A DNA stretch of 64,000 nt from Amoeboaphelidium protococcarum X5 (GCA_023515725.1 JALDTO010000179.1:599873-663872); one strand, 5' to 3'. Shown: positions 1-12,974, counted from the first letter of the stretch. Made by a program: numbers and translations. Notes: generated by a model not told the origin, from the letters alone.

Positions 1-249
1 ATCATTGTGCCCTATACTATCAACAATGGCAAAGATCTTTAACGAGTTATATGCTATATGGCCATAACCAGGGCCTCAACGGCACCGAATTCATTGAATA
101 TATGACAAATAATGCTGTAAGTTACTTAATTCGCATAAGAGACTGAACGCGAACATAAACAGGCCAAATTTGAACATATTTTTACATCTTTATAAACTTT
201 CAGTATCGCGACCAAATTGAGACTTTTGTCGAGTTAAGGTGAGCGGCAC

Positions 250-535
250 TGTATTCATGCAATGTTGGTCATTGATCAAAAGATTGCATCACATATGATA
301 GCATCTCATAGCAGCAAAACCCAAGCGGTGGACAGAGCCACAAAAGTTATAGACAGGAACGCGCTAATAGAACCAGAAGAACTGTTTACGTCATTACCTT
401 CGGCAGTAGCATTTCCAGAAGGAGTAGGAGTTACAGCAGTTCCAGTAATCATGATCACAGACGTGAAATATGGCTTTGAGATGATGGACGCGTCTGAAAC
501 ACTTTCACTCGCCTTTGACTTTGCCGTCACCAACG
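250..535 (-). pseudogene. Relic 3' fragment of the Ser/Thr-rich GPI-anchored gene at 6373-7080
   Basis: Near-identical to ~6330-6640 (NATAEGNDVNSSSGSISAFLSITFVALSTAW). It has a 45-nt in-frame deletion and lacks the signal peptide and N-terminal domain. Confidence 0.85.
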
Positions 536-657
536 TCAATTCTTCCGCAGCTAATTGATCGCGTTTCAGTCTGAATCGAACGAGTCTTGGCTGATACCAC
601 TCTTCACGCGTCTTCTTCAATCTCATCAAATCTGTTACAGCTAAACTTTGTGATATC

Positions 658-3255
658 ATGTAATCTGAGTATCTGATACAGTTGTTGAATTTACCTGACA
701 TTACTTTGTCATAGTATTTGAGTGCACGTGACTTGTTTGAATTGTGCTTGACATGCAAAAGTTTGCAAGGGATGCTGCTGCATGATCGTCAGTTTGTCAA
801 GTCTGTGTATATGCATTATTATGGTCCTGTGATGACTGCATTGCGTGTGAAGAACCACAAGTATTTGCAGTTAAAGACCACTTAAGATTATCTGTATTTT
901 ATGGACAAGTGCATTGTGTAAAGTGAGTCTTTGATGTAATACGTGAAGGACGAATGGGTTGACGCGTAGATGGTTTCACTGCACAGTTTACACAAGAACG
1001 CGTTCAAAGATTGGTTGGAAGCTATTAATTCGCTATTTGAAATTAAAGAAGTAAACCCTTGGCCTGAGCTGGATGACAATTTTATGTTTCCGGTAAGAAA
1101 TGTTGATGGCTGGGCTTCATATTACGAATACAAGTTCGAGTACTATCATGAATTATGCGAGATGAACGTTTCATCTTACAATTTGCTTAGTGAAACGAAT
1201 AAAGAGTACGCGGAATGCATGGCTCTTTATTACAAACAGTGTCTGTATGGAACGCCATAAAATTTCCATGAAGAAGAAGAAGAAGAAGAAGAAGAAGAGT
1301 CAAAAGCTCTCGAGCTTGATCAGTTTCTAGATTAGAAATATGGCTTTTATCATGATGCTATCCGAAGATACAGCTTTCTGTCTTTGCTTGAACTGTATAA
1401 CTGTGATGATTCATAGAACATTGATCTTGAGGAGAGTTTTACTTCGTTTATTGCCAAATTTGTTGCCTAGTATGGTTCTGTCTATAATCCTCACTTATTG
1501 CAATGGTATGTAGAACGGCTGAATAAATTAAGTTGGTGGGCAAGAAGTAGTCTCTATGACATTATGCTGCAAGAAGGCTATATTTCAGGAAGTTTTTGCA
1601 TTGATTTGTGGTTTTAACAAATAAAAAATGGGTTCTCTGGCCTAGATGATCTCAATAGTGTGTTTTCGAGGACAATTTCTAGATAATATGACAAATGTAG
1701 GCTAAGAAATGAGTTTGAACGCGTCTTACGTTGTGTACCTTTTGAAAAAATACAACAAGAGGTGCTGCCTTTGTTCACACTGGAAATTGATAGGGGGCGT
1801 TCTCGTTTGTTGGTTTTGCTATTGCTTTTCTATAATCAGTTGAGTGTATCTGGAAACTACTTTGATCAGCTACTGAAATAGGCCTTGGAACATGGAAATG
1901 CGAAAGACACTTCTATCTTGATTGAGGGATTCTACAATGTCATGTAATCGGACACCCCAATGACGAGAATCGTGTTTGATCAATGTGTCAACGATTTGAA
2001 GGTTGCGCGTTAGCATTCTGTAAACTTGAGTTTTCTGAAGCCATATGTATCTGCTACAAAGTAATCTGATTTAATTAAGGCTGGTTTTGAAAACTTAATT
2101 GCCAGTTATCCTTTGGAATTTCTGATAGGAATTGTCAGTTCTGCTATTGAAACGTTTGATAGTGATGTTGGATGGCTCTTTGACTGTTGCCTTAGTAAGT
2201 TGTCGAGCTTCTATTTGGTATCAGTTGAGCATTCCCGACGTGTATCGAGTTACCATTATTCATCTTCCGAAAGATATATGGATTAGAAGACGGAAATGTT
2301 GTTAGCCATTCTGTAGTTTCTATATGAGCATGTATTCACTATGGATTAGGTGCGAGCTTACTGTATGCAGTTTGATTCCTCAGTGATTCAAAAGTTTCCT
2401 CCTGAGGTCTTGGCAAAGTTAATCTCTGGCATTTAAGATGAAGCTGCTGATTATGAAGCTGATATTTCAAAGATTACTTTGAAACTGTTTGGCCAGTCCT
2501 CGAATGTCATGGTGAAGAATTATGCTTCCTATTGCTTGTCTATGAAAAAAACGATCGAGTTGGTCAAATAACTTTCCAACTATTATTGCTTAAGCGAAAG
2601 TCTAGTCGACTTGATGCTGAAGAAAGCTATGGGCAACTCGTCGAATCGCGAGTAAAATGAATATGTGCAGTAGTTGCTATCAATTGATAACGTTATATTC
2701 GACAAAGATGCCGATAAATTTGTACGTTCTGTCGCGTTCTTGAAGCATAAGGGAAGAAAGCTGAGTAAACTCTCTGATTGTCTTGCTTCTCTCATTACCG
2801 CTTATGGTTGTCTTTCTGACGTCTTTGTTGGACTGAAAAAGGCCTTCATGGATGTTCTTAAGCTGGAATTTCAATATGGGAAGTTTGTACATTTCTTTGA
2901 AGACATCAATATTACTGTTGCAAAGGATCCTGTCTTTCTGTAATGGACAATGTTGGCCTGGATCAAAGCGATAAAACGTGGCATCTATCCTTTCGTGTCC
3001 GGATTCGACAAGTTGATTGAAAGTGCATATATATTTGCGCAAGAACTGAACGAATAAGATGCTTATTAATTTGGCGTGTCGTTTGCAAAAGCCTATGACT
3101 TGACTGTTGGCTACTTGTCTGAACATGACATGGACATGTACAAGTACAAGTATGCCTTCGTTAACCTTCTCCGTGCTGTCAAAAAGCTGAACCATCACCG
3201 CGACCGTGAAATGGACGACTCTGATCAAGAAAATAAGAAGCAACGTTGCAACTGA
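658..3255 (+). CDS. F-box-like protein, ~865 aa (table 6)
   Basis: ATG 658, open with TAR=Gln to TGA 3253-3255. N-terminus LLNLPDITLSQYLSARDLFELCLTCKSLQ resembles an F-box. Poly-Glu tract at ~1270-1299. Confidence 0.7.
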
Positions 3256-3375
3256 GCCACTGTCTGTCCCTGTATGTTAAATGATCAATTATCAATGTTT
3301 TTTTAATGTGTCTTATTTTCAGTCTCATTTTTGTTTTCGTCCCGTCCAGTTTGAAACTCTCTGCTGCTAATCAAG

Positions 3376-5975
3376 ATGATTGAGAAATTACTTGAACTGT
3401 TGGGATCTGAATTGACGCGTTTCATGCGTCCTATAGACTTGTTTGAAGTTTCCCTTACTTAGAAATATATACAGCAATAATTACATTAAGATAAGGTGTC
3501 TGTCAGAGCCAGTTATTACGTTTACTATGGACCTGCACTCACTGCGTATTTAGTTAAAGATCATGGCTGGCTGCAACTTTAGACGCACGATGATTACAAG
3601 TTCTTTGTAGATGCAAGTATTAAGAATCATCAAGTCTTTAGAAAGTATCTATGTGACAATATATTGAAAGAAGAATATGAATTTGAAGAGTGCCCGGGTC
3701 TGGTTGACGTTCTATATGAAACTTTTGACATTGATTAGAATTCCATTCCTGAAGGTTACAGAGATGACAGAGATGACAATGATGATGATGTTGATGATGG
3801 CCGGCAGAATAGGGAGCTAATAACTTTGTTTTAAAATGGATTCTGGAGCTAATACGATGATGGATAGTATAATGAGCTCATTATATGTAGACCTCTTGAT
3901 TATGCTCGCTGTTTGATTTAGCATTTTATGGAATCTATTTATGATGGAGCGGACCCGAATGTCTCTTATAAGGATCTTTCGTACGGGTTTATTCAGGATG
4001 TTTTGTATGAGCATGGTTTGGAAGTAATGGTGGGTGAGTTGATTTAGAGAAATGCTGCAGCTGATATTGAAATTGATGGTGTAAGAAGGTTTTACATCTC
4101 GTTGTCGGCAGCTATTGAAGTTTTTAGTGAATAAGTGTGCCCATTGTATCGCAAAGGTTCACTAAAATAGAAATGCATCGAAGCAATGCTGAAGTACGCG
4201 TCATGGAAAGGACACGACTTGGTTGTTGAATTGTTTGAACCAGACAATTTCAACTCACCTCATAATGAAGACTTGTTCGATGGTGAAAGTTCTCTTTCTG
4301 CAATTGAGCGGAATGAACTGCCGTTTATGCTAGCCAAGGCAATGGTCAGCCACTCAAATTATGACTATAGTTATGCGCGATATCAGATCCTTTAGAATGA
4401 ACGCTCAGAGTGGTACAGATCTCGTCGTGGTAGAGAGTTGAGCGAAGATGAACGGAACTAGAGATTTGTGAAGGCGCGCAAGTTTATTGCTCCGCTGCAT
4501 CCGCGCTTTAAAGATGCTTTGAAGGATGTTACGTATGAAGAGTTTGATCGATAGGCTTGGTAAGTTGACACTGCTGATTTAATGCAGGTTGAGTCGCGAA
4601 TAAACGTCATCGTCTCGATTCTTCATCATTATGGTAAGCTATATGCTGGCGATATCTTGTGCGTCTTTTGGGATAATGTGTCAGTTGTGACGACTCTTAG
4701 AGAATTTACGTCACTAATGCCGACGTTATGTATTAGTTCTTTTCTGCTCTGTACAAGTGTTATCAAGAAGAAACAGACAAATCTAGTGTTGGCTTGGAAT
4801 AGTTTGATTTGGACTTGTTTTCAGACGATGATTAGTGCTATGATGTGCTGAGAGAGGTGATTGCTTTAGTCATACAGTTCTAGGAATTTGATATGGGGAA
4901 TTTTATCTTGGATCAATTTCATGATGTTTTCTTAAGTTTGATGCCGGAATATGGTTCCTACCTAAGACAGGACTTGATGTTGGCTGGATCTGTCTATTTT
5001 GATGGCAGATGTACTTGTAATTGTATGGATAGTACATGTTTAGTCTTTGGAGATCACGGTAAAGTTGGTGAATTTCTGTTTGACGGTGCGCATGGTTTTG
5101 AATACATTGTTAAATGTCTTGATGCAGAAGTTGCAAAGTACTTGTCACCATGCGTTTTGTGTCAGAGCTTGAAGAAACTCTAATTACATCTTCCAAAAGA
5201 ATTAGAGAAAGCTGTTGTATCTGTATTAAGCAATTGCTTTCCACAGCCTGAAAGGATGGCCGCATTTTTACGCGCCATGTAGCATTATAATTTGCCTGTT
5301 GAACTCGCTGTGAATTTGTTGAAAAAGCTTCGTCCAGATGGTATTATTGATATCGCATCATCATGCGGTCTTGAAATTTAGACTTTGTTTGGTGTAATAG
5401 CTGGTAACTCACCCACATAGCCTGATGCATGTGTTTAAGTCAACTCAGCATAGCTCGTCATCTTGGTGAATTAATTTGAAAAATTAGCATCTGAAGAGTC
5501 GTCGTATCCGGACAGTTGGACTCGTTCAATGTATAGAATAAAGCATATATTCACCGTCCTTTGTTAGCAGCTGATCGCTATCAGTTAGAAATTTGGCGCA
5601 AAATATATGATTACCGCGTCTTTTGGATCTGAACTTCTGGTCAATCCAAATTTTCTCAATTGGGCTTTCGAAAGTGGTTAGTCGTATGAATTTGGGTTAA
5701 CTGGACTTGACGATATGACAAGACTGAAATGGCTTTTCATTGCTCTTATTGAGAAATGCTGGATATTATGTCCACAAAGCTTGCAGCAAATGGTCGATCA
5801 TATTTGCGAAGATTCGTTGCCTTTTGGCCTCGATACCATGTCTGAATTTTACCGTAGTACAAGGGAGTGGGCAGCTGATGTTGTAAAGTGTGTCAAGGAA
5901 AATGAGAATGTTGACATTTTACTGGATGATAGTATTGACGAACGCAACAACGCTGAATTTGTATTTTATCAATGA
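3376..5975 (+). pseudogene. Paralogous F-box-like gene with an apparent frameshift near 4593-4690
   Basis: N-terminus shares YYGPxxTAxxVKxHxxLQLxTxxDYxxFxDxxI with the 658 gene. The first frame stops at TGA 4849; a second frame is open 4593-5975. Joined length is ~866 aa, close to the paralogue. Confidence 0.6.
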
Positions 5976-6372
5976 AGATATTGAAACTGTTATGACCCAA
6001 GTTCATTACCAATTAGTTTTTCGGTTCAATTACTATATAAGCCACCGGGCATATCGGATTATTTCAAACAGTCACAGTCATTGCATTTCTATCTAAAGGA
6101 CGATAGTCAATCAGCTCAAAGTTGAGTAGAAGTAAGTGTAGAGTCCTTGTAAAGTATTACCTCAAAGCGTATCAATCTTTTAGGATCAAGACATCGTAGA
6201 GATTCTAAAAATTTCTGTTCTGCTTAATGTCATTTTGATGTTCACTCAGTTGCTGTTTCTGCAAGTTTCATTCACGAATAGTACAATTAGGATTAAAATG
6301 TCAATTTTCATTACTCACTTCATCTCATCTCATATTCATGCAATGTTGGTCATCGTATCAAAAGTTTGCATC

Positions 6373-7080
6373 TCATAGCAATAACATCCAAGCGGTGGAC
6401 AGAGCCACAAAAGTTATAGACAGGAACGCGCTAATAGAACCAGAAGAACTGTTTACGTCATTACCTTCGGCAGTAGCATTTCCAGAAGGAGTAGGAGTTA
6501 CAGTAGTTCCAGTAGTCATGACAGTCTTCACCTTGGTAGAATCGGACATGATGCTTGTAGTCATAATCACAGACGTGAAGTATGGCGTGGAGGTGATGGA
6601 CGCGTCTGAAACCGTTTCACTCGCCTCTGAAGTTGACGAGGTGACAGTTTCAGAAGAGCTATTGGTAGAGGAAGAAGCGTCAGATGAGGTACTAGTTGAC
6701 GTGGAAGTAGTGGAGCCAGCACTGACAGCAAAACGACCAGAATAGGCATACAAATTCTAACCATTAACTTGTTGCACAGAGCGAATAGCGTATTCAGACT
6801 TTGGTTCAATGAAAGGGAATGTGCATGACACTTGCAGATCACTGACAAAGATTTCTTGATCCTCACACAGCTAACCTACCACATCAATGTTCTCTGCAGG
6901 ACCGCTCACAATCTGAAACTGAATTGTATCAGATGCACCATCCTGCTCTTGATAACGCCAGCTAAGGAACAGATTGTCGCCCTGAGTTACCGTGTTAGGA
7001 GTAGAGATACCATAAACACCAGCCTCAGCCACGCCGAATAAGCCCACAAAAGCAACCAATACAACTTTATAATTCATCAT
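6373..7080 (-). CDS. Ser/Thr-rich GPI-anchored surface protein (Kre9/Knh1-like N-terminal domain), 235 aa
   Basis: Signal peptide MMNYKVVLVAFVGLFGVAEA, beta-rich domain ending YAYSGRFAV, S/T tract, hydrophobic C-terminus. One ORF in table 6. Confidence 0.85.
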
Positions 7081-7449
7081 AGAATAGATATAAGAAAAAC
7101 AGCAAACCAGTTTATAAATGTATCAGATTTCAGATATTGTACTAGAAAAGAAGAGAGAGTGGACAGACAGTTGAAACAATTTTATAACGCAACCGGGTGA
7201 TGAGATTTGTTTGATGGAATCACTCGGCGACGGACGGCCAAGACTCACGCGTCAAAGATTTGTTTTGATAATTTCATATCACCATGTCGTTGTTTTAGTA
7301 CCATTCAGTACGCAGTCTTACATCGTCAGCATAACATGAGATAGCAGAACGCGACTTGTTTCTCTCTGTGTACACGGCGTGTATGATATATGGGTCATCT
7401 TGAGATTGGCCTCTTTTTGAAATGCTAAAGGAAACACCTCCACTCAGTG

Positions 7450-7735
7450 CCTTCGAGAACGCTTTGTGGTGGACAGAAGAATCTTGTGGTATTTTCACTT
7501 GTAGGTGCCCAAAATCCTCACATTCTGATATGTGATGAGATCACTAACAATCTGAACATTGCCACGGTTGGCTCTCTGGTGAAAGTTCTCAAATCAAAGA
7601 TTGGATTTAATGGACGTGTGTTGGTGGTCAGTCACGACGCGAGATTTTGGATGCTGTCTGCAATGAGATGTGGATTGTCGCTGATGGTGGTGTCACAAAG
7701 TTTCATCCAACATCAACTGCTTCCATCTATGATAC
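7450..7735 (+). pseudogene. ABC-F (GCN20) C-terminal fragment, inverted diverged copy of ~42060-42340
   Basis: RTLCGGQKNLVVF...[13 protein letters not shown]...VVSHDARF, with a 1-nt frameshift near 7648. No 5' part. Confidence 0.85.
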
Positions 7736-8193
7736 TTTGAATGGCCATTGCTCGATATTACTTTTTGTATTACTTAAATATTCTACGCTTTTTCACATGA
7801 CCAGGAATCTTGACTGTTTTAAGGCGTAAATTCAATATTCTGTTAAATCTGATGGCGAAATTTTTGGATTAAACTGATGCGTTTACCATCTGGCGTTGCT
7901 TCTCGTAATCTCCTAATTCAAAAGTTGTTAATTAAGGATAGAATCAACTTGGAGTGAAATATATAGGAATGCCGTTGCTAGATCGTACAGGCTGTTGTAT
8001 TTTTACACCCGACACCGTTTTCTAGGGGTTTTGTAACACGAGCCGCGGAGCTGCTGATCAACACATGATCGTAGGGGCAAAATTTGAAGTGCCCCTAGCC
8101 CCTCTGGCTATCAGTTTAAAAGCTCTATACTCCTGTCACTCTTATTCTTCTTCAACAACAACTTTTATATCTCTCTGCATTTTAATTATCAAT

Positions 8194-8895
8194 ATGAAGA
8201 CTGCTTTTACTGTAACTGCTCTGTGTGCTGTCGCTTCTGCTATGCCTAGTTGGATGGAGATGCTGGTGTTCAAGACTGAGCTGGGTCTGGATCGTCCTTT
8301 GTCTTCTGCTGGTGTCGCTGCTGCTGCCAAGGATGAACTGCCTATGCCTAAGCAGTACCATGCAAGCTCCATCTTTTAAATCAACAACGCTATCCCAGCT
8401 TTATATACCGAAGAATGGATTGATATGTCTGCTCAGAAAGGCAGAATTAATGTCTTGAGCTAGAAATTCAATGCCACCATGTTTTATTCTGACAACAAGC
8501 TCTACAGCTTCTCATAGAAGAACTCTGATGGTGATGTCGACTGTGTGATTTATGAAGGCGGTAGTTCAGCTCCTCAGAAATCGTACAAATTCGAGCGTAC
8601 TCAGTTCCATGCTGGCAAACTGGTCGACTCTTACAAGCACTCTGAGAACAATGGTGAAGTGACTGATCGTTACTTTGTCGATGTCAGCACCAACAATTGG
8701 GTCGCAAAAGAATTCACTTCTCGCAATGGCGGTAATAATTTCAAGTCTTCCACTCTCTACTTTTAATTCAGCACTGACAAGATAGAGAAGAGCGTGTTCA
8801 ACATCCCTACCAACGTTGAGTGCAAGCCACAGCAATTGCTGACTGCTGACATTCCGGAGGCTATGAAGGAGTACGTCAAGAGTTTCCGTTTTTGA
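8194..8895 (+). CDS. Secreted ependymin-related/LolA-like-fold protein, 233 aa
   Basis: Signal peptide MKTAFTVTALCAVASA, beta-rich body, C-terminal VFNIPTNVEC motif. Paralogue at 34779-35483. Fold assignment is inference. Confidence 0.7.
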
Positions 8896-9398
8896 GCTCT
8901 ATCTGGCTGGTTGATTTAATAAATAATTTTGGAATTTGGGAAGGGAATTAAATATGAGTAATAAGGAATATAAAGAAATGTTTTGCACTTGTAGCTTTTC
9001 ACCTTTACTTTTCCAGAAGCAAAGCAAAAGTACTATTGCCAAATGAGACTACAGTGGGAAAAGTCTCTAATCGCTCACCGCGGACGATCGAGCTAACGTT
9101 TATCGCGTCACGGAGAAAGCCTTTTATCCAGTCCTTTGCGTTTAGATTTCAAAAAACTACAGTAATGGTAACTCGTTCTCACATCGTGACTATAATTATT
9201 CTGAGCATGCTTTAACTGAGTGTTTATAATGCTCTCCTAAGTAGAAGCGCATGTACTCAAACAATTTTCAATTCAGTGGAAGTCCTCAGGATTGGCTCTC
9301 GTAGTTGATTGATCTTTCTTTCCTTCTTCTTTCTTTCGCCCAAATTAATTGAGGTTGGAAAGCATCAACATCATTAACGACAGTACTCTGTGATTGAG

Positions 9399-10220
9399 AT
9401 GATAAAATTTAGATTATCTTGTATTTTATCGTTAGCTTAGAGGCGATATGCATCTCAGCTGTCATCGAGGAGAAATGCTTTTGCAGTGCAGCGAACTGTA
9501 TCTGGTCGACCTTAATAGCAGGATTTGGCTAGTGACATATTGTTCTCCTAGTTCCGCCCACTCCCTGCCATGAGGCCAAGAAATGCCATCGTTCTCTCTA
9601 TGGCTAAAAGCTTTCAGTAATAAGTGCCTGCTGCAGTATAGGTTGAAGTTATTCATGGAGACGATGGGCAGCCTGGCAGTTAGGCAGTCTCTGTCGATGA
9701 TGACGATGAAGATTAAGTAATGATCGACGCTGCTGATGGACATCATGGCGATGATGCGTTTGTGCAATTGGATGCTGAGGATGAGGATAAATTGATGGAA
9801 GTATCTATGAATTTACTCGAAAAATTATAATAATCTTCTGATAACCAGCTGGATTTCACGGCGTCAAATAATAATGCAGATCAATCGTTGAAGAGATTAG
9901 CTCTGGGTGCATCTTCCCTTGCGAACGCTCCATCATGCAAACTGTTATTGGAGAATTACGAGTAGTCCAAGTGGAATGTCGAAAAACAGAATGGATCATG
10001 GCTTTCCGAGTCTCATGACAATGCTGAAGATGGTGAAAGACTGAACTATCAATTTCCGTCAGATTAAAGTGCAGTAGTCTACAGGGCTGATAGTGTGCTG
10101 AAGAAGAGACGAAAGAAGATGAACAAGCACAAGTACAAGAAGAGGCTCAAGTAAACTCGTGCATAGCGCAGACGTAAGGCTAGCAAGAAGGAGGACTAGA
10201 GTGGAGGAGATTCAGCGTGA
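9399..10220 (+). CDS. COX24: Mitochondrial ribosomal mS38 / COX24-like (DUF1713), 273 aa
   Basis: Arg/Ser-rich presequence, FSQFRPL motif, C-terminal DSVLKKRRKKMNKHKYKKRLKQTRAQRRK; TGA 10218. Confidence 0.85.
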
Positions 10221-10442
10221 TCATAATCTTCTGTCCCGTAATAGATAATAATTCTTTGATATGCGAGTTAAATTTCGGTTAACTGATGAAGCGCGTCAAT
10301 ACATGTTGGGATGCGCGCTTTTTAACCAAAGCTGATCAACTGTACACGCTTTTCTATACTTGAAAATTGTGTGTTGTTATAATTTCAAGATAAAAGTCCT
10401 ATGTAAGTGTGAGCAATCGCAATGTCTTATAGTTCTTATAGT

Positions 10443-12211
10443 TCATCTCCATTCTTAATACAACTTTCTCCTGCTAGCATACTACTTTGCAGCCACAGTT
10501 CCCACGGCAAGTACCAACATAGTGAGCAGAAGACTAGATTTTGAAAACTCAGGTCCAAGTACATCAAATGCTTTCGATGGAGTCACAAGAGTTTTGAACA
10601 TGTCAGTACCATAGGCGACAACTATGGAGGTGGACTCTAAATCAGTAGGACCACACACAATCTTTCGTATACCTTCTAGACGCAGGTTGTGACTCAAGTA
10701 GTTCTGCGGATTATCCGGAATTAGAGGAGCGTACACGGTCAGACCTTCTTCCTTCTCCTCAGCAGTCAGCAATGACGCCAATTTATGAGGACGTCTGGCA
10801 TTTACAATCAGCTTGGGAAGAGTTATCACCTGGCCGCCATTAGTAGCAACGATGATATCACGCAGAGTAATGCCCGACTTGGTCTATGTTATACCAAGAG
10901 CACTTACAAACTGTTCGAAAACAAAACTCTCGCTCTTCACATGGGGCAATGGTGCAGAATATGGAGAGAATTGCCCACTTTCTAACATTTTAACGTCCAC
11001 CTTGTCCGATTCATACAGCTCCAACACGTTGATCAGTGTCATACAATTCTAATTGCCCACATTGCCAGCATACGAGTAGACAATCCAATTCTCAGACAAT
11101 GCAACATGCACAGAGTTACCGAGTGGTACAAAGTTGTCATGTACGGCCTGGTAAAGCAAGCGTCCGGATACACCATCCATAATGTCCACACTCAACCTCT
11201 GCTTTTTGTCGTGAGATAACACAGCAACAATATTTGGGTTCAAATACTTGTACAACACGCTGCGATTACCCAGAACTAACCCAATAGACGAGATTGCTTC
11301 ATCATACTTACGCGTCGTCACTTGAGCAACAACACTTTCTGACGGAAGTTGATACTTCCAAGAGTTTACCAAGTCCTTATTACCTTCAATTCGCACTCCA
11401 TATAAAGTGCTACTCTGATTTTGCAGGTAAAAAGTGTTAACAGGAACAGACTATGGAGCCTCTATTCCAACAACTTCCACTTTGCCATCTTCAGTGATAA
11501 TTCTTAATCCGTCCTAAGAGCATACAACTTTGTTAACATTCAGATTAAAGCTTCGTTAATCAAACATCTCCCCACTCACATAGTCAATAATACTAGTAAA
11601 TGCCTCTTTATCAGATCCCTTCATGACAATTCGAACCCGGTGACGACTGCTTTCATTGTCCTACAGCGGACATATCCAAGCATCTTTAATGGACGTGGGG
11701 AACATTTAGACCACCCACTGGACATTAGAAGTCTCAGAGTGAACACCGCGAACTTTGCCACTATTCGACACAGCAATAATCATTTGATGAAGTCCAAATC
11801 TATCACCACTAGTACCACTGTCGACTTGCTTAGGAGACGTGCTGTTCGCGTTTAGCTTTCCGGTGCCAATCAGCTGTGGACTAATCATCAATTGATCCCA
11901 ATGAAACTTCCATCTCTGTACAATATTCTCGATCAAACCAACACCTGGCTCAGCTTAATAATGCCTCTCCAAGTATGCCGGTTTAGGTAGAGGAACCAGC
12001 TCGGCAGTTAACTACACTTCATCCTTGCCTCTCTCTCCCTGGACATTGTCATTGAGGAACCTCTGACGCCTACTCACAATCACGTACATGAAGAAATTGC
12101 ATCAACGCTGAATATAATTACGTACCAGTCAATAACACCAACTTGATCTTGGAATATGGCAACTGCCACACCGACAAGGAGACTTAATATAATGGCTGAG
12201 ATTACTCTCAT
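10443..12211 (-). CDS. EMC1: ER membrane complex subunit 1 (short form, ~570 aa), intron 12070-12125
   Basis: Signal peptide + IFQDQVGVIDW; DRFGLHQMIIAV; GLVLGNRSVLYKYLNPN; PTDLESTSIVVAYGTDMF...PSKAFDVL; C-terminal TM helix. Confidence 0.9.
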
Positions 12212-12292
12212 AATACGCGCGTCAAAGTCTTTAGTTGTTTTAGTTGAAAGAATTAGAGAGCGAGATTTGTTTTGTTTAATCCCAAGATTAAT

Positions 12293-12855
12293 TAGCACTC
12301 CCCACGGTCCAGAGCATACCGCCTTTTTGGTCCGGGACCGATCCGTTATTTTTCCATTCGGTCCAGGACCGTGCATATATTGAACCGTTGGTTGGGACCG
12401 CAGACAGACCGGTTCAAGAGATATATCAGCGCGGCCACTGAATTGATGACTTAACGCGTAAAATTCAATTATAAAGTACCGTAACTTCGCTTCATTCAAT
12501 ATTGAAAGTTGTTGGTAATAGCTACTAATACGGGTTTGAATGCAACTAGAACGGTTATGAAGAGCTTAATACACTTAAAACGAATGACGCCATTGTCGGT
12601 TCGTGCTGACGCTCAACACGAGTAGATGATTATCTTGCGCCACGCTGAGAATTTGATAATGAAACAATGGGGGAGCTTTCAAAATCTTGATTAGCTCTAC
12701 GAAAGGCTGATATAAAATTGAATTATTGAGCTGGCTTCACTATGAGACCGGTCTCATAGTTCAATGATCGACTCGAGGCCGGTCTAACTTTTCCCATTGC
12801 GGTCCGCGGACCGATTCAGACCGTAAATGATGGTCCCGGACCGAGGGTAGTGCTA
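12293..12855. mobile_element. MITE-like non-autonomous DNA transposon
   Basis: Imperfect 18-bp terminal inverted repeats (TAGCACTCCCCACGGTCC / GGACCGAGGGTAGTGCTA), many subterminal GGTCC/GGACC motifs, AT-rich non-coding core. Confidence 0.7.
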
Positions 12856-12974
12856 GTCACAAAAATGACACATGACCCCAACCTATAGTTTCAATTGAAG
12901 AAAATACCCATTACAATCGATTGCCATAAAACAAAACTTATCTGCTAAGTAAAGAACTTTGTAGATACAAGATA

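Noticed and set aside
1-146. Possible 3' end of an upstream gene (…SYLIRIRD-TGA)
   Set aside because: Too short and no recognisable motif.
262-558. Plus-strand ORFs 262-558 and 6338-6745 from the supplied track
   Set aside because: Antisense shadows of the Ser/Thr-rich GPI gene and its relic.
7735-8190. Use of the left duplicate as the Helitron empty site
   Set aside because: The spacer shows no recognisable similarity to the Helitron flanks, so it cannot define the insertion point.
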